Assembly (NCBI RefSeq): GCF_004010195.1
Contig: NC_057719.1
Location: 58,955,139-58,975,138 of the forward strand
Reading direction: 5' to 3'
DNA from: Chiloscyllium plagiosum
Lineage: Eukaryota
Length of the DNA stretch: 20,000 nucleotides
Below the pieces are notes generated by a model that saw nothing but the letters and a program-made list of their open reading frames with translations, made no database searches and had not been told where the DNA came from. The position numbers and the translations under genes were made by a program. Within the stretch, counting starts at the first letter, position 1, and each line of letters begins with the position of its first letter. Shown here piece after piece: positions 1 to 10,883 of this stretch.

Positions 1-48
1 TATTACCACATGGGTCTTTGCTACATTGAACTAAATCAACTCCGAGAG
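1..48 (+). CDS. TTC6: TTC6 coding exon, 5'-truncated by the window edge (YYHMGLCYIELNQLRE)
   Basis: Open frame from base 1 with TPR-like YxxxGxxY pattern; GAG|GTGAGA donor at 48/49; joins in phase 0 to exon 134-283. Confidence 0.85.
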
Positions 49-133
49 GTGAGAATATTATTCCTTATTGTGATGTTTATTCATGTTACTTAGTCTCTGT
101 TACTTGAAGTAATTTTTGATTGATGTTTTTCAG

Positions 134-283
134 GCAATTGATTCCTTTAATAGTGCAGTGAAATTGCTCCCAAATTTTGCTAAAGCTTATTATCAGCGAG
201 GATTATGCGGTTTGAAGCTTCATGACTTTAATTGTATCTATGACTTTCACAGAGCACTTGCACTCAACCCCAAACTCTTTGAG
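134..283 (+). CDS. TTC6: TTC6 coding exon (AIDSFNSAVKLLPNFAKAYYQRGLCGLKLHDFNCIYDFHRALALNPKLFE)
   Basis: TTTTTCAG acceptor ending at 133, GAG|GTATTG donor at 283/284; 150 bp, phase 0/0; TPR consensus AYYxRG...ALALNP. Confidence 0.9.
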
Positions 284-954
284 GTATTGTGGTTACCTAT
301 TTATGCATTGGTTTGAGATAATTGTTTCCAGATTGATATAAAATAATTAATTAGTTAACAAATATTCATCACCTTTTACATGTCATGTTTACAGATATAT
401 CTATAATTTGTAAATATTAGTTTTTGTTAATTGTTGAGAACACTTGACCATAAAATTTATCATGTTAATGGTGTTTTTAGTTTGTATAAAGAAGTGCAAA
501 TAAAAAAAATTAGAAACCTTTATCATCTAATTGATTCAAATGTAGGCCAAAGCCTAAGATTTCTGATAAAAATAGCTCATTTACAGATCAGTACCAACTA
601 TAAATAAAAGTCATTCCACTATAGTCCAGGCCCAAAGCATTCTGTCATGGTCAATGTGGCCTCTGACCTGCAACCTCCCTGCTGTATATAAATATTTGTT
701 TTGATTTTGATTATATGATGCTGACATTTTCCTTCTGTTTCTACCCCTCACCCACCTCTTGACCCAAGAAAACAATTCACTCTGCAAGTGACATTATGAC
801 GTAGGTGTATTGTACTGGAGCAGAAGAACAGAGTTGAAGTCATATTTTTAAGCACTACTGTTAAACTGACAAGTGGTTAAATCACACAGCTTTTTGGAGA
901 AAGACTCTGTTAAATATTGCATAAATAAAATGCAGGGACTAGTTCATTTTAGAA

Positions 955-1022
955 AACCTGGTCGGCATACATGACCCTTAAAGCCAAAAGGTCTGTTTGC
1001 GTGCTGTATGAATCTATGACTC
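955..1022 (+). mobile_element. Short CR1/HER1-like LINE or SINE 3' tail remnant
   Basis: GCCAAAAGGTCTGTTTGCGTGCTGTATGAATCTATGACTC resembles the CR1-type 3' terminus (GGGCCTGTTTCCGTGCTGTA...TTCTATGA). Confidence 0.5.
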
Positions 1023-1509
1023 GAAGTATTTGTCAGAATTGCCACTTCAGGTGATCCTGAAACCTATGACCTTTTAAGATCAGGTCTTGATCTCAGATTT
1101 TCCTCTCAGCCCTTGCCTTACATCTGACCCACCAGACTTTATAACGTTCTTCACAAATGTGAATGCACAGCCTAGTATACGTTGACTCCAACAATGGCCC
1201 AAATTTGGAGCATTTACCTCTCTGACACTGGGTTCATGATGATGGGGCCTGAGATGTAATATTCACAGCTCCACAAACATCACTATCCGTGAGGGATGTG
1301 GAGGATAACTTGCCAAGCCTTGATCATTTTACATTTTTTGCAGACTAAGGATTTTTTTTAAGTTCTGTACAGATGACCTACTGAATGTGCTGTGGTACCT
1401 CCTGTTCTAGTCATATAAACAAACCTTTTAGATAACATTTTTAAGGTTTAATTTCCAAGCCTAGTTTAAACAGAACTGGTGAGCTGGCCAGTGCAAACAA
1501 AAAAAACGT

Positions 1510-1800
1510 TATTGAGAAAGCCTTCTTGGATGTTGGCGTCGGAGGAGATAAATATATCATTGGATTCTATTCTGGAGTACATCTATTATGAAGTAAAAAA
1601 ATTGGTGTCAAGTTTCCTGGTGAACGATCTGCCTTCAGGAGGATTTAATGACAGCTACCTTTAAAGCAAATATAATACGGAAATGAGCAGAAGGTTACAC
1701 AGATAAGACTAGATGAAATAGGGTAGGACGACACTTCTAAGCAGCATAAACACCAATCATACTTGTGCTGAATAATCTCTTCCTATCCTGGAAGTTCGGT
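1510..1800 (+). mobile_element. Degraded CR1/L2-like LINE 3' fragment
   Basis: Ends in AGCATAAACACC...GCTGAATAATCTCTTCCTATCCTG, similar to CR1-group 3' UTRs; highly diverged, boundaries approximate. Confidence 0.4.
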
Positions 1801-2231
1801 CTCGCCCTATGTCAATATTTTATTTATCAGGGTCTTTGTCCTTCTACTGCAGAGCAGCAAACAAATGGTTACAAATCCCAAAGATCTTATTATGTAGAAA
1901 ACATTTACAAATCTGAAATGTGTTTTCTCTTGAATTGATCATTGACCTTCCCTTAGGTTTTCCATAAAATTCTGATTTGGAGAAGATGTTGGTATAACTG
2001 GGTTTATTTAATGGTGTACAGTTCCAGTCAGTCATATTTAGCCTCGGAAATATAGAATTCCAAGGCAGTGCAGTGAACAGAGACAGGCCTCTACTTGCAT
2101 TTCTTCTTCAACAAGCCTGTACAAAGGTTTTAAAATACAGCATAAAATGTTTATCCTATTATTTAATCTGCAACCCCATGAAGAATTCCAAAGAAATTGT
2201 GTCTTTACCAGAGTCTTCTTTGTTTCTGCAG

Positions 2232-2372
2232 GTCTATCTAAGTCGAGCTGTTTATTATGCAATACAGAGACGCTTTCTTAAGGCCATTCTAAGCTGTAAT
2301 GAAGCATTGAAAATTGAGCCCAGGAGTGTAAGAGCTTTTCTATGCAGAGGGGCACTGAAATTTTACAGCAAG
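2232..2372 (+). CDS. TTC6: TTC6 coding exon (VYLSRAVYYAIQRRFLKAILSCNEALKIEPRSVRAFLCRGALKFYSK)
   Basis: TTTGTTTCTGCAG acceptor ending at 2231, AAG|GTAATG donor at 2372/2373; 141 bp, phase 0/0; TPR motifs. Confidence 0.9.
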
Positions 2373-3129
2373 GTAATGTGAAATCATTTCATTGTGCTCA
2401 GTTTCTCCAGTCAGTAATGCGTTATCTCTGGTGTAAAAATGCAATGGCATTGCTTTTTACACAAAAGGTGGGACTGCTACGTAATTAAGTTGGGCCAACT
2501 AGGAAACAAACAGTCTGAGGGTGGCCAAAGGGCTGTCAAGGGCTGAGACAGGCTGCTGAAAATGCCTACCTCTGTTGTCTGGGACGTATCCCCAAAGCTT
2601 CCTCATACTCTCCATAGCAACCCATGCCACTTCACCCAATGTGCAATCAGTGAAGAATCAATAAATTATATAGTGGCAATAGTGGAAAAGGTTTTAAAAT
2701 ATAGCTATTCATAACTTGCTTTAAAAATTGTTGTTATTTGAATCTCATATAAATGTCAATCAACCAGAAGTTTAAAGTATCAATAGTTGAATCTACTTGA
2801 CACCTTCTTTCCTTATAGAAATAAGCATTGAGCCATTGTCTAAAGCAATGCAATATAAAAACTATGAATCAAGTCATGTTTTTCCTTGTGTACAGCTGTT
2901 TCAACAAACTAATAGAAGTTTGTACTCTCAGCTAAACATGCATAATAAAGCCAGAAGTTTTGGCAGAAATCCCAGAATCAAAGTCCTGACCAAGGTCTGT
3001 GGAATCTCTCGGACCTCACAAAAATCCAGTTCACTAACTCTGCCTCTCTTTCTACTTGTTGAATATTTCTAGAATTTTGTGTTTTTGTTTGAGAATTATA
3101 TACTTAATTTAGATAATTTCTCACACCTT

Positions 3130-3440
3130 TACATACCAGAGATTGTACCTGGAGACATCAATTTCTCCTCTTCAGCAATTCCCTTATCCCAGAGACCAGT
3201 CTGGTGGCACTTTTTTGCATTCCTTCAAGAATAAATCTGTTCCTTCTTTGATAAAACCAAACCTGCACACAGTACTCCAAATCTGGCCTCACCAGTGTCC
3301 TGCTGAATTTAGTTGACTTCTTTATTCTTATGCTTTAATTGCTTTGTAACTAAAGTTAACATAGCATTTGCTTTCCTAATTGCTTGATTCATCTACCCAG
3401 GTCCCTCCAAGTGTGAACATTTTCCATTTTCTCACACTTA
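3130..3440 (-). mobile_element. CR1-type LINE fragment (RT C-terminal region)
   Basis: ACCAAACCTGCACACAGTACTCCAAATCTGGCCTCACCAG is the antisense of LVRPDLEYCVQVW (CR1 consensus LVRPHLEYCVQFW); boundaries approximate. Confidence 0.7.
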
Positions 3441-4020
3441 TCAGGGAAATGTCCTTAAAAGATACTTGCTCTTCATTATTGGGTTCTTCGTCCTTCCAAT
3501 CCTTAAGCTTATTCCTCCTCTAGGAATCTTACCAACCTCTGTTTTTGATAAAATTCTATTTTAACCATCTCATATTAGCCATTCTCAGGAGCAGCATGTG
3601 ATGTATCCCAGAGGAATAAAATCAATAAATCACGTGAATGACGCATATTAATCTGACTCATTGGTATAGTTCAAAATGGAACTGCAGTATAACCTGTATG
3701 TTCATTTCCAAATTTTACTTGTTTTTTTTAACTATGTGTTTGAGATCCTTGAACTGTTTCTAGCACGGGTGTCCAGGATTTTTGTGGCATAATTCTGCTA
3801 CTGCCAATCCTTGCCATGTCCTATTGGCATACTTCATTTGTTCACGTCCTCTTCATGCTCATACATGACTTTATCCAAATATATTTGCATATATTACATC
3901 AAACAAATGCTCAGGTATAGAGAAGATTAAGCAACAACTCATCAATAATCGTGTTCATTATTTATACCAGATAAAAATTAACAAAAGGCAGGAAACACAT
4001 TTAGTGGGTTTTCTTGAATA

Positions 4021-4248
4021 CAGATTGTTTTTGCTACAACGTGCGTTTCATCAGCAAAGTTGGCTATAACGTGATTGATGAATTGTGGATGCTGTTTGGA
4101 TGACACAAACGTTCTCCTGAACAGATATAGTAATTTTCTATTAGCGGTTTTCTACAGTACAATTTCTATAGTGGTTTTCCATCGCCTGATTTTCTATAGC
4201 GTGAGGTTGCAGAGGAAGACAATTGTCACGTTATAGTAGAACAACCTG
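4021..4248. mobile_element. Non-autonomous Tc1/mariner-superfamily (pogo/Tigger-like) MITE
   Basis: Imperfect ~22-bp TIRs CAGATTGTTTTTGCTACAACGTG / CACGTTATAGTAGAACAACCTG, flanked by TA at 4019-4020 and 4249-4250; no coding capacity. Confidence 0.75.
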
Positions 4249-4929
4249 TATGAATTAAAAATTTCAAACTTTTGGATCTATTTTCTCACTATTTGAAGTT
4301 AAAAATCTCTGATAAGTTTTCATTGATGTTAAACTAAAACCACACATGGCAGCTGGTTTTGTCATTAGATTTATACAAACAAAATATCTTTGAGATAAAA
4401 TTTGTATTGCACTTTGCAATGTCTGAAGTTAATGTATGTCTGTGTACATAACAACAGTGTTACATTTCAAATGTAATCAGTTTGTTGTGAAGCATTTTAT
4501 GATAGTTAATTGGCACTATACTGCTCTACAACTTGTTTTCCTTTGAAGATTACAAAGTCAATCTCCAAACAATCTTGAAAAATGCTGAATAACCGGAATG
4601 AATGTACTGGCTCACGGAGCTGTAGGGTGTGTTCAGGCAATGGCTCAATGATGACTTTTCAGAGCTGTTGCAACTGGTCATCATCTGATATAACTTACTA
4701 AATCCATGCTGCATGGTTATGACCAAAAATGTTTGAGATCAATGTTACAACTAGTGGATTTGTCGCCTTATGAGTTATGATAATATGTAGATCTATGCAT
4801 ACTGGTAGAACAGTGATGGGAGGTCCATCTGCTTGAACAATGTGAAAGATCCCAAGGATCCATATTGGCACTTAAGATGTCACTTAAGATAACTTATTTT
4901 GTATGGGATAGCACCAGTTTTGTGCAGTT

Positions 4930-5720
4930 TCCTCACATAAGGTGCTTACAGGATGACCGTCCCATTGGCATTAATATCAACCCTGGCATGTAGTGCATGT
5001 TGTCCATTCCTTTAGGGTATATTGCTTGGATAGATGTAAAAGCTCCAGCGTTTTTGACAGCAGCCCTGTAGTGTGCTAAGTTCACCGTGTGTACTCTCCG
5101 ACTGGGGTCTGTAAGCTATCATTGAAGAGTCCAGAGTATGGAGCTGGAACAGCACAGCCAGTCTTGCAGCATCCAAGAAACAGGAGTTTCGATGTTTTGG
5201 GCATTCCTGATGAAGGGCTGTAGCCCGAAATATCAACTCTCCAGCTCTTCAGATGCTGCCTGACCGGCACCACATTCTGATCTCCAACATCTGCAGTCCT
5301 CACTTTCTCCAAGTTATCATTGCAGTTAACTCTTGAACTTCAGTGGCACACTTGTAAATCCTTTACGGAATTTTGGAAGCTCTTTGGCATTGTCCCATTG
5401 GACATGCTGCAGTGGAGCATTGCATTGTACGTTGGGTTTCTCCAGGTGTTTTGGTTTCTGACACATTTTAGTCCAATTGTCTTGTCGGACATAACTTGCG
5501 TATGTCAAGAAATGCTGGACACAGACTTGATGGATGACGCAAGTCACATCTCATCAAAATTTTGTTGCATTGATCCTGTTGTTAACAGCTGCAATAATTG
5601 TTCCAGAGTCATACACCTTCAAATGTTGCTGCCCTGCTACAATTGCTTCTAACCTGTATCCTTCTTCAAAAAACACATCAATGATATATTCCTTGGGTTT
5701 GTCCAGAAGTATCTTTTGGA
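4930..5720 (-). mobile_element. Possible highly degraded LINE remnant (RTE-like), interrupted by a Penelope-like fragment
   Basis: Minus-strand peptide PLQHVQWDNAKELPK weakly resembles the RTE RT C-terminal motif (GHVxRMxxxRLPK); weak evidence, boundaries uncertain. Confidence 0.3.
5126..5311. mobile_element. Penelope-like element terminal (pLTR) fragment with inverted 5' portion and degenerate hammerhead core
   Basis: ~5140-5203 is an imperfect inverted copy of the sequence after 5223; CTGATGA (5207-5213), GGGC/GCCC stem, GAAA (5227-5230); same family as 19775-20000. Confidence 0.75.
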
Positions 5721-5829
5721 AGGATTTGATTGGTGTAGAGGCAGTTCCTTAAGCCCTTTCTTCAGTTTGCTTCTTTGAAATCACATTCTATACCGTATTC
5801 AACGGCTATCTTCAAATTATTGAAATGGC

Positions 5830-6037
5830 TCAACAAGCCACTAAGTTGTATCGAACTGCTACAAAGTATAAATAAAGGAAACTCTCTTCCTAATAGCATT
5901 GGGGGTGTTCCTACACTCTAGTACTGCCACTGTTCAAGATAGTAGCTCACTACACCTTCTCCAGGGCAATTAGTTTCTGGCAGTAAATTCTGATCTAGCC
6001 AAGGATGTTAATACACCCCCGAATGAATGAAATAAAG
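5830..6037 (+). mobile_element. CR1-group LINE 3' end
   Basis: CACCTTCTCCAGGGCAATTAG...GAATGAATGAAAATAAA matches a common fish/shark CR1-group 3' terminus. Confidence 0.6.
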
Positions 6038-6306
6038 ATAGACTGAGGGAAAGTCAGGTACCTTGATAGTGGAATGTCACACATTGACATGCCATTTAAC
6101 TCTTTTGAAAGTACATAATACAACACATGGCTTATTAGTTATAATTATTATTATAATATGCTATATAATAAGCATGCAGTATTTTAACTTCTTGCGAATA
6201 GGTCGATTGTAAAAATGTTACAATGCTTTGGTGCTAATGGATTGTTGTTTTTACAGTTTCACTCTTTGATATGTATTGTTCATTTCAGAACTTTAAACAA
6301 GTACAC

Positions 6307-6512
6307 TGAAATAGCTCCACAGAGATCAGTATCCCATCACCAAGTCATCCTTTATTGACATGTGGAGAGTCCTTGACACTAATCCAACTTCCTCAGAGCC
6401 AGCTCTCAGAGTGAACAAAACTTCTGACACTCCTGTTTATATCTGTCAGCCAGGGCTCCCTGATTGAGCCAGATTAACAGCCCCTGTAAGGGAACTCATG
6501 TTTGATTCTCCA
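6307..6512 (-). repeat. 3' LTR of the Gypsy element (uninterrupted; U3 start partly deleted)
   Basis: TG...CA ends; homologous to 10762-10883 plus 12178-12298; minus-strand TATAAA at 6436-6441 and AATAAA at 6351-6356; adjacent PPT. Confidence 0.85.
6436..6441 (-). promoter_or_regulatory. Putative LTR TATA box (equivalent site at 12188-12193 in the 5' LTR)
   Basis: GATATAAACAGG on the minus strand, ~80 nt upstream of the LTR AATAAA; position fits U3/R. Confidence 0.55.
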
Positions 6513-6522
6513 TCCCTTCCCC
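6513..6522 (-). other. Polypurine tract of the Gypsy element
   Basis: Minus strand reads GGGGAAGGGA immediately before the TG of the 3' LTR. Confidence 0.7.
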
Positions 6523-6589
6523 GCTCTGAGTCCAAAGCTATTGGCTGTTCCTTTTCTGATTGTAGCTCCTCCTGAGGTGTTTTAGCAGA

Positions 6590-9500
6590 GGGTTAGGTTC
6601 CTCCAAGTATGCCTCTGATACAGGCAACATGTAGCTCGCCTCTTCTACCTGGAGCATCTCGGAAGAAATTCATTTCCCTCTTCAGGTGGCAAAGGCATTG
6701 AGGTGGTGATAGCCACCATGTCCATCTCAGATTCTGAAGAATCCTCAATGCTTGACAGAGGGAGGGAGAATTCGCAGGTTCTGGAACAGTTGGAAAGGCA
6801 GTCGTTGAGAAGAGCACATTTTGCTCCCCCACCATTTGCGAGTTTGCAGGTTTAATATGGTCCATGTGCTTGTTCAGTACCATCGCACCATCTGAACTGT
6901 ATATGTCACTGGACCTGACTTCATATCAATCATGTCTCTTACCTACGCAGGGCCATTTCCATGGTTCCTACACTGAACTTCATCCCCTGAAGTAAACCAC
7001 CTCTGTTGCTTAGCAGAATCTTGTGTCTGATATTGGTGTTCCTGATGCCATTTCACCTTACCCCCCAATCCAGAAAGATCAGATTTAAGTTGGTACAGAG
7101 TCTTCTCCCCATTAGCAACTCTGCTTGAGCTTTCCCTTGGTTGCACAAGTGGTGGTCCCATAATCAAATAGGAACTGTGACAATTTGGTATCTAGTGAAG
7201 CTGTAGGCTGTTTCTTTAAGCCTACCTTCAAAGTTTGGACTGGTTTCTGCCAGACCATTGGATGATGGATAGTATGGAGCAGTCCTTATATGATGAATAC
7301 CATTCAACCTCAGGAAATACTCAATACGATGGCCAGTTATCTGTGACCAACACTTTGGGACTCCGTGTACTGCAAAAGATGTGCACATTCTTTTTTAATT
7401 CTTGTCCCTATGTTTGACAAATGATCTCTATGCATGTCCAACCACTTTGAGTGGACATTCACAATGACTAATAACATTGAGCCCATGAAATGACTTGCAC
7501 ATTCGATGCTTAAGTGAGTCCAGGGTTTACCCAGTCATTCCCATGAATGTGGGGGAGCTGCTGGCAGTGTGTTTTGTCCTGTTGGCACTCTGGGCACTGC
7601 CACACCAATGCAACTACATTTGCATCCAATCCTCGCCACCAGACATTTCTTCTCACCAATGGCTTCAATTTGGAAACCCATGGGTGGCCCTGGTGGAGTT
7701 CAGTCTGTATCTGATGGTGACATTTGCTCGGGACAATCACTCTTGCTCTCCATAATAATATGCCATCCTCTACTGTGATCTGATCTCTCTGGTTCCAGAA
7801 AGGTTTCAATTCTCGTTGTGACGGCCCTTTGGTTTCTCCCATCACCAAAAGCATTTCAGTTTTGCCAGGACTGGCTTTTTCTGTATCCAAGTCTAATATT
7901 GCCAGCTGTGACTGGAAGAGGGATGAGAAAGTTTAAAATCATTATGGACTTTTCCAGTGGTGTATCTGTCAGCAGGACGGGGATTAAGGTATCAGCACTC
8001 GCTTCCTGGCCTCCTGGATGGTGTCCCAACTTGTAATTGTACACACTTCGTATTAGAGGCCACTGCTAAATGTGGTGAGACTGCCTTGTCCTCTTTAAGT
8101 AGACCTAGCAGGGGTCTGTTGTCTGTTATTACTCCAAATTTACATCAGTATTGGTATTGGTGGAACTTTCTGACTCGAAATATGGTTGCCAAACCTTCCT
8201 TCTCTATCTGGGCGTATTTACACTTTGCATTAGCCAAAGTCCTGGATGCATAAATCATTGGGCATTCCTCTCCATTGGACTACCTATGAGCTAATACTAC
8301 CCTGATGCTGTACGGGGAGACATGGCATGTCAATACCAGATTTTGCATGGGATCACAGTGTGCCATCGCTTTAGAGAATAATACTTGTTTCTTCACCTTC
8401 CTTAAAGCTATGGTTTGGCTACACCATCATTTCCAAGGGTGACACTTCTTTTAAGAAATGATTCAAAGATGCCAAGATGGAGGCCAGGTTATGTATGAAC
8501 TTTCTGTAATAATTCACCAACTCAAGAAAAGACCTAAACTCTAGTACAGACATGGGAACTGGGACACCTTGATCGCACTCACTTTCTCTTCCAGTGGTGT
8601 AACCTGGTCTTGTTAATTCTGTAGCCCAAGTAGGTCACTTGGGGTGCATGGAACACATATTTTTCCCTTCTAAAGCATACATTCACCTGGTAGAAACATC
8701 TAAGGACTATGTTCAAATTGCCTTAGTGCTCCTTTGATAGTCCCTAGACCTTCGTGAGAAACATTGGGGTATTTAATTAGGATTTCACTCAGGCAGCCAT
8801 TTTCTCATCAAAAACTGTCTAGCCAATCAAGGTGAATCTTCTTCAACCAATTTTGCTCCATCTAGCTTGGGCCGAGCCTTTTCCCACAATCAGAGGTGGC
8901 TAAACCAGCTGCTTCGCATAAGAAACTGCAATCACAGATGTACCCTTAATCTGTAAAGGTTCCCCGGTATAGGATCTCAGTCTAGCTGAGGTCTTGTACA
9001 AACTTAATTGCTGGAGTCCAGAGCAAATTTTGGTAAAGACTGGTTCTGTCATCCCTGAAACAACCAGCCTGTATTGACCTCCATTAGAACCAGGTGACCA
9101 TTTAACCAGATGTTTAGTTTGATTGGTTCTGATTTGGATGTTGCCAAACAATATAACTTTTCCAAACCAGATGCATCTCTATGAGTTCTCTTACTCAATT
9201 TAGGTCTGGTGGGACTCTTTTGCTGTCTTGAGTTTGCATACCCACAGCAACTACAATGGCTTGCAGCCTGAATCCTGAAGAAAATTTTAACTGTTTGGTT
9301 GAGGCTTTGCTTTGCTTTGTGGTTTTGCTAATGGCTGTCCTAGAGTCCCTCTGTTCAGGATATGTCTTGAGTAAGGCTATGTAATTGCCTTTATTCAAGT
9401 TGTATTCTCCAAGTTCAGACAGACTGGCAAGAATATCCACTTCGATCAGAAGACCCTGCAACTTGTCACATTTTCCAATGATAAAGCCAGTTTTAATGCT

Positions 9501-9937
9501 AATTTGAAATCCAGTTGGGCTTCAACAACAGGTGCTTTTTTTATGGTTTCATCATTATTTGCGCATCTCAAACAGTCTCTTAGTATCTCATTAAGGCTTA
9601 AACCAAAGTCACATGGTTCTACCAGTTGTCATAATCTAGTCAAAGATGCTGATATGGATCCCCCGGTTCCAAATAGCCTGGTAAAACCAATCGCATCTGA
9701 AAATTAGAGGCAGTTTGGAGTCATAATATTTCTTAACTATGTCTATCAACTCTTGAAAAGTTTTAGTAAGCTGGTGCCTTTGGGAAAATTAGGCTCCGAA
9801 TAACCGAAAAAGCTGTGGGTTCACAAGCTGTCAGGCGAATTACTCATTGCTTTTCATCTGCCCGATTGTCTTTCCATATCCTGGGCCGAGTCTTCAATGG
9901 CAGGATCGAATAAGTCAAGCTTCCTAAGTAACAGCAT
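6590..9937 (-). pseudogene. Disrupted gag-pol of the Gypsy element
   Basis: gag start MLLLRKLDLFDPAIED at 9937; protease region RLRSYTGEPLQIKGT (8900-9151); RNase H YASRTL...KYAQIEKEGLA (~8190-8250); integrase zinc finger LHQGHP...VWW...CPECQQ (7510-7890) and core HIRTAPYYPSSNGLAE (7164-7388). Confidence 0.88.
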
Positions 9938-10004
9938 TTGCCAGATGCTTACCCTAACTCAAAAATGAATGTAGTGAGCAAATTTCTTTAGGAGTATGCT
10001 TTAT

Positions 10005-10321
10005 GATTAGATTAGATTACCTACAGTGTGGAAACAGGCCCTTTGGCCCAACCAGTCCACACCAACCCCCTGAAGAGTAACACATCCGGACCCATTTCTC
10101 TCTGACTAGTGCACCTAACACTATGGGCAATTTAGCACACCCAATTCACCTGGCCTGCACATCTTTGGACGTGGGAGGAAACCAGAGCACCTGATGGAAA
10201 CCCACGCAAACACAGGGAGAATGTGCAAACTCCACACAGACAGTCACCCGAGGCCAGGATTGAACCTGGGACCCTGATGTTGTGAGGCAGCAGTGCTAAC
10301 CACTGAGTCACCGTGCTGCCC
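10005..10321 (-). mobile_element. tRNA-derived V-SINE (HE1-like), near full length
   Basis: Minus strand GGCAGCACGGTGACTCAGTGGTTAGCAC (A box), GGTTCAATCC (B box), V-domain TGTGTGGAGTTTGCACATTCTCCC, (TAATC)n tail. Confidence 0.88.
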
Positions 10322-10523
10322 AAATACACCTTTTCTCTCGTAATCACTGAAATAACTCCACGGAGGCTGGTATCCCATCACGCAGTGACTCTTAATTTAC
10401 ACATGGAGAGACTAATGGCAGGATCGAATAAGTCAAGCTTCCTAAGTAACAGCGTGTTGCCAGATGCTTACCCTAACTCAAAAATGAATGTAGTGAGCAA
10501 ATTTCTTTAGGAGTATGCTTTAT

Positions 10524-10735
10524 GATTAGATTACCTACAGTGTGGAAACAGGCCCTTTGGCCCAACAAGTCCACACCGACCCTCTGAAGAGTAACACATC
10601 CGGACCCATTTCTCTCCACGCAAACACAGGGAGAATGTGCAAACTCCACACAGACAGTCACCCGAGGCCAGGGTTGAACCTGGGACCCTGATGTTGTGAG
10701 GCAGCAGTGCTAACCACTGAGCCACCGTGCTGCCC
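10524..10735 (-). mobile_element. Duplicated V-SINE copy with internal deletion
   Basis: Near-identical to 10005-10321 but lacking ~100 bp after CCCATTTCTCTC. Confidence 0.85.
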
Positions 10736-10883
10736 CAATACACCTTTTCTCTTGTAATCACTGAAATAACTCCACGGAGGCTGGTATCCCATCATGCAGT
10801 GACTCTTAATTTACACATGGAGAGACTTTGACACTGATCCAGTTCTCTCAGAGTGAGTAGGATGTCTAACACTCCTGTGTATA

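Larger units (their letters stand above)
9896..10827. repeat. Tandem duplication (9896-10413 and 10414-10827) of gag start, leader, SINE and LTR U5 end
   Basis: Both units begin AATGGCAGGATCGAATAAGTCAAG and end CATGGAGAGACT; the second unit has a ~100-bp deletion inside its SINE. Confidence 0.92.

Noticed and set aside
6240..6306. Possible extra TTC6 micro-exon after TTTTACAG or CATTTCAG
   Set aside because: No good donor site, and exons 2232-2372 and 12514-12627 already join into a continuous TPR.
6590..9937. Active or domesticated Gypsy gene, or endogenous retrovirus
   Set aside because: Numerous stops and frameshifts, RT core missing, and no env-like ORF between integrase and the 3' LTR.
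10250..10321. tRNA gene
   Set aside because: The A/B boxes belong to the SINE head, which continues into the V-domain and tail; no complete cloverleaf.
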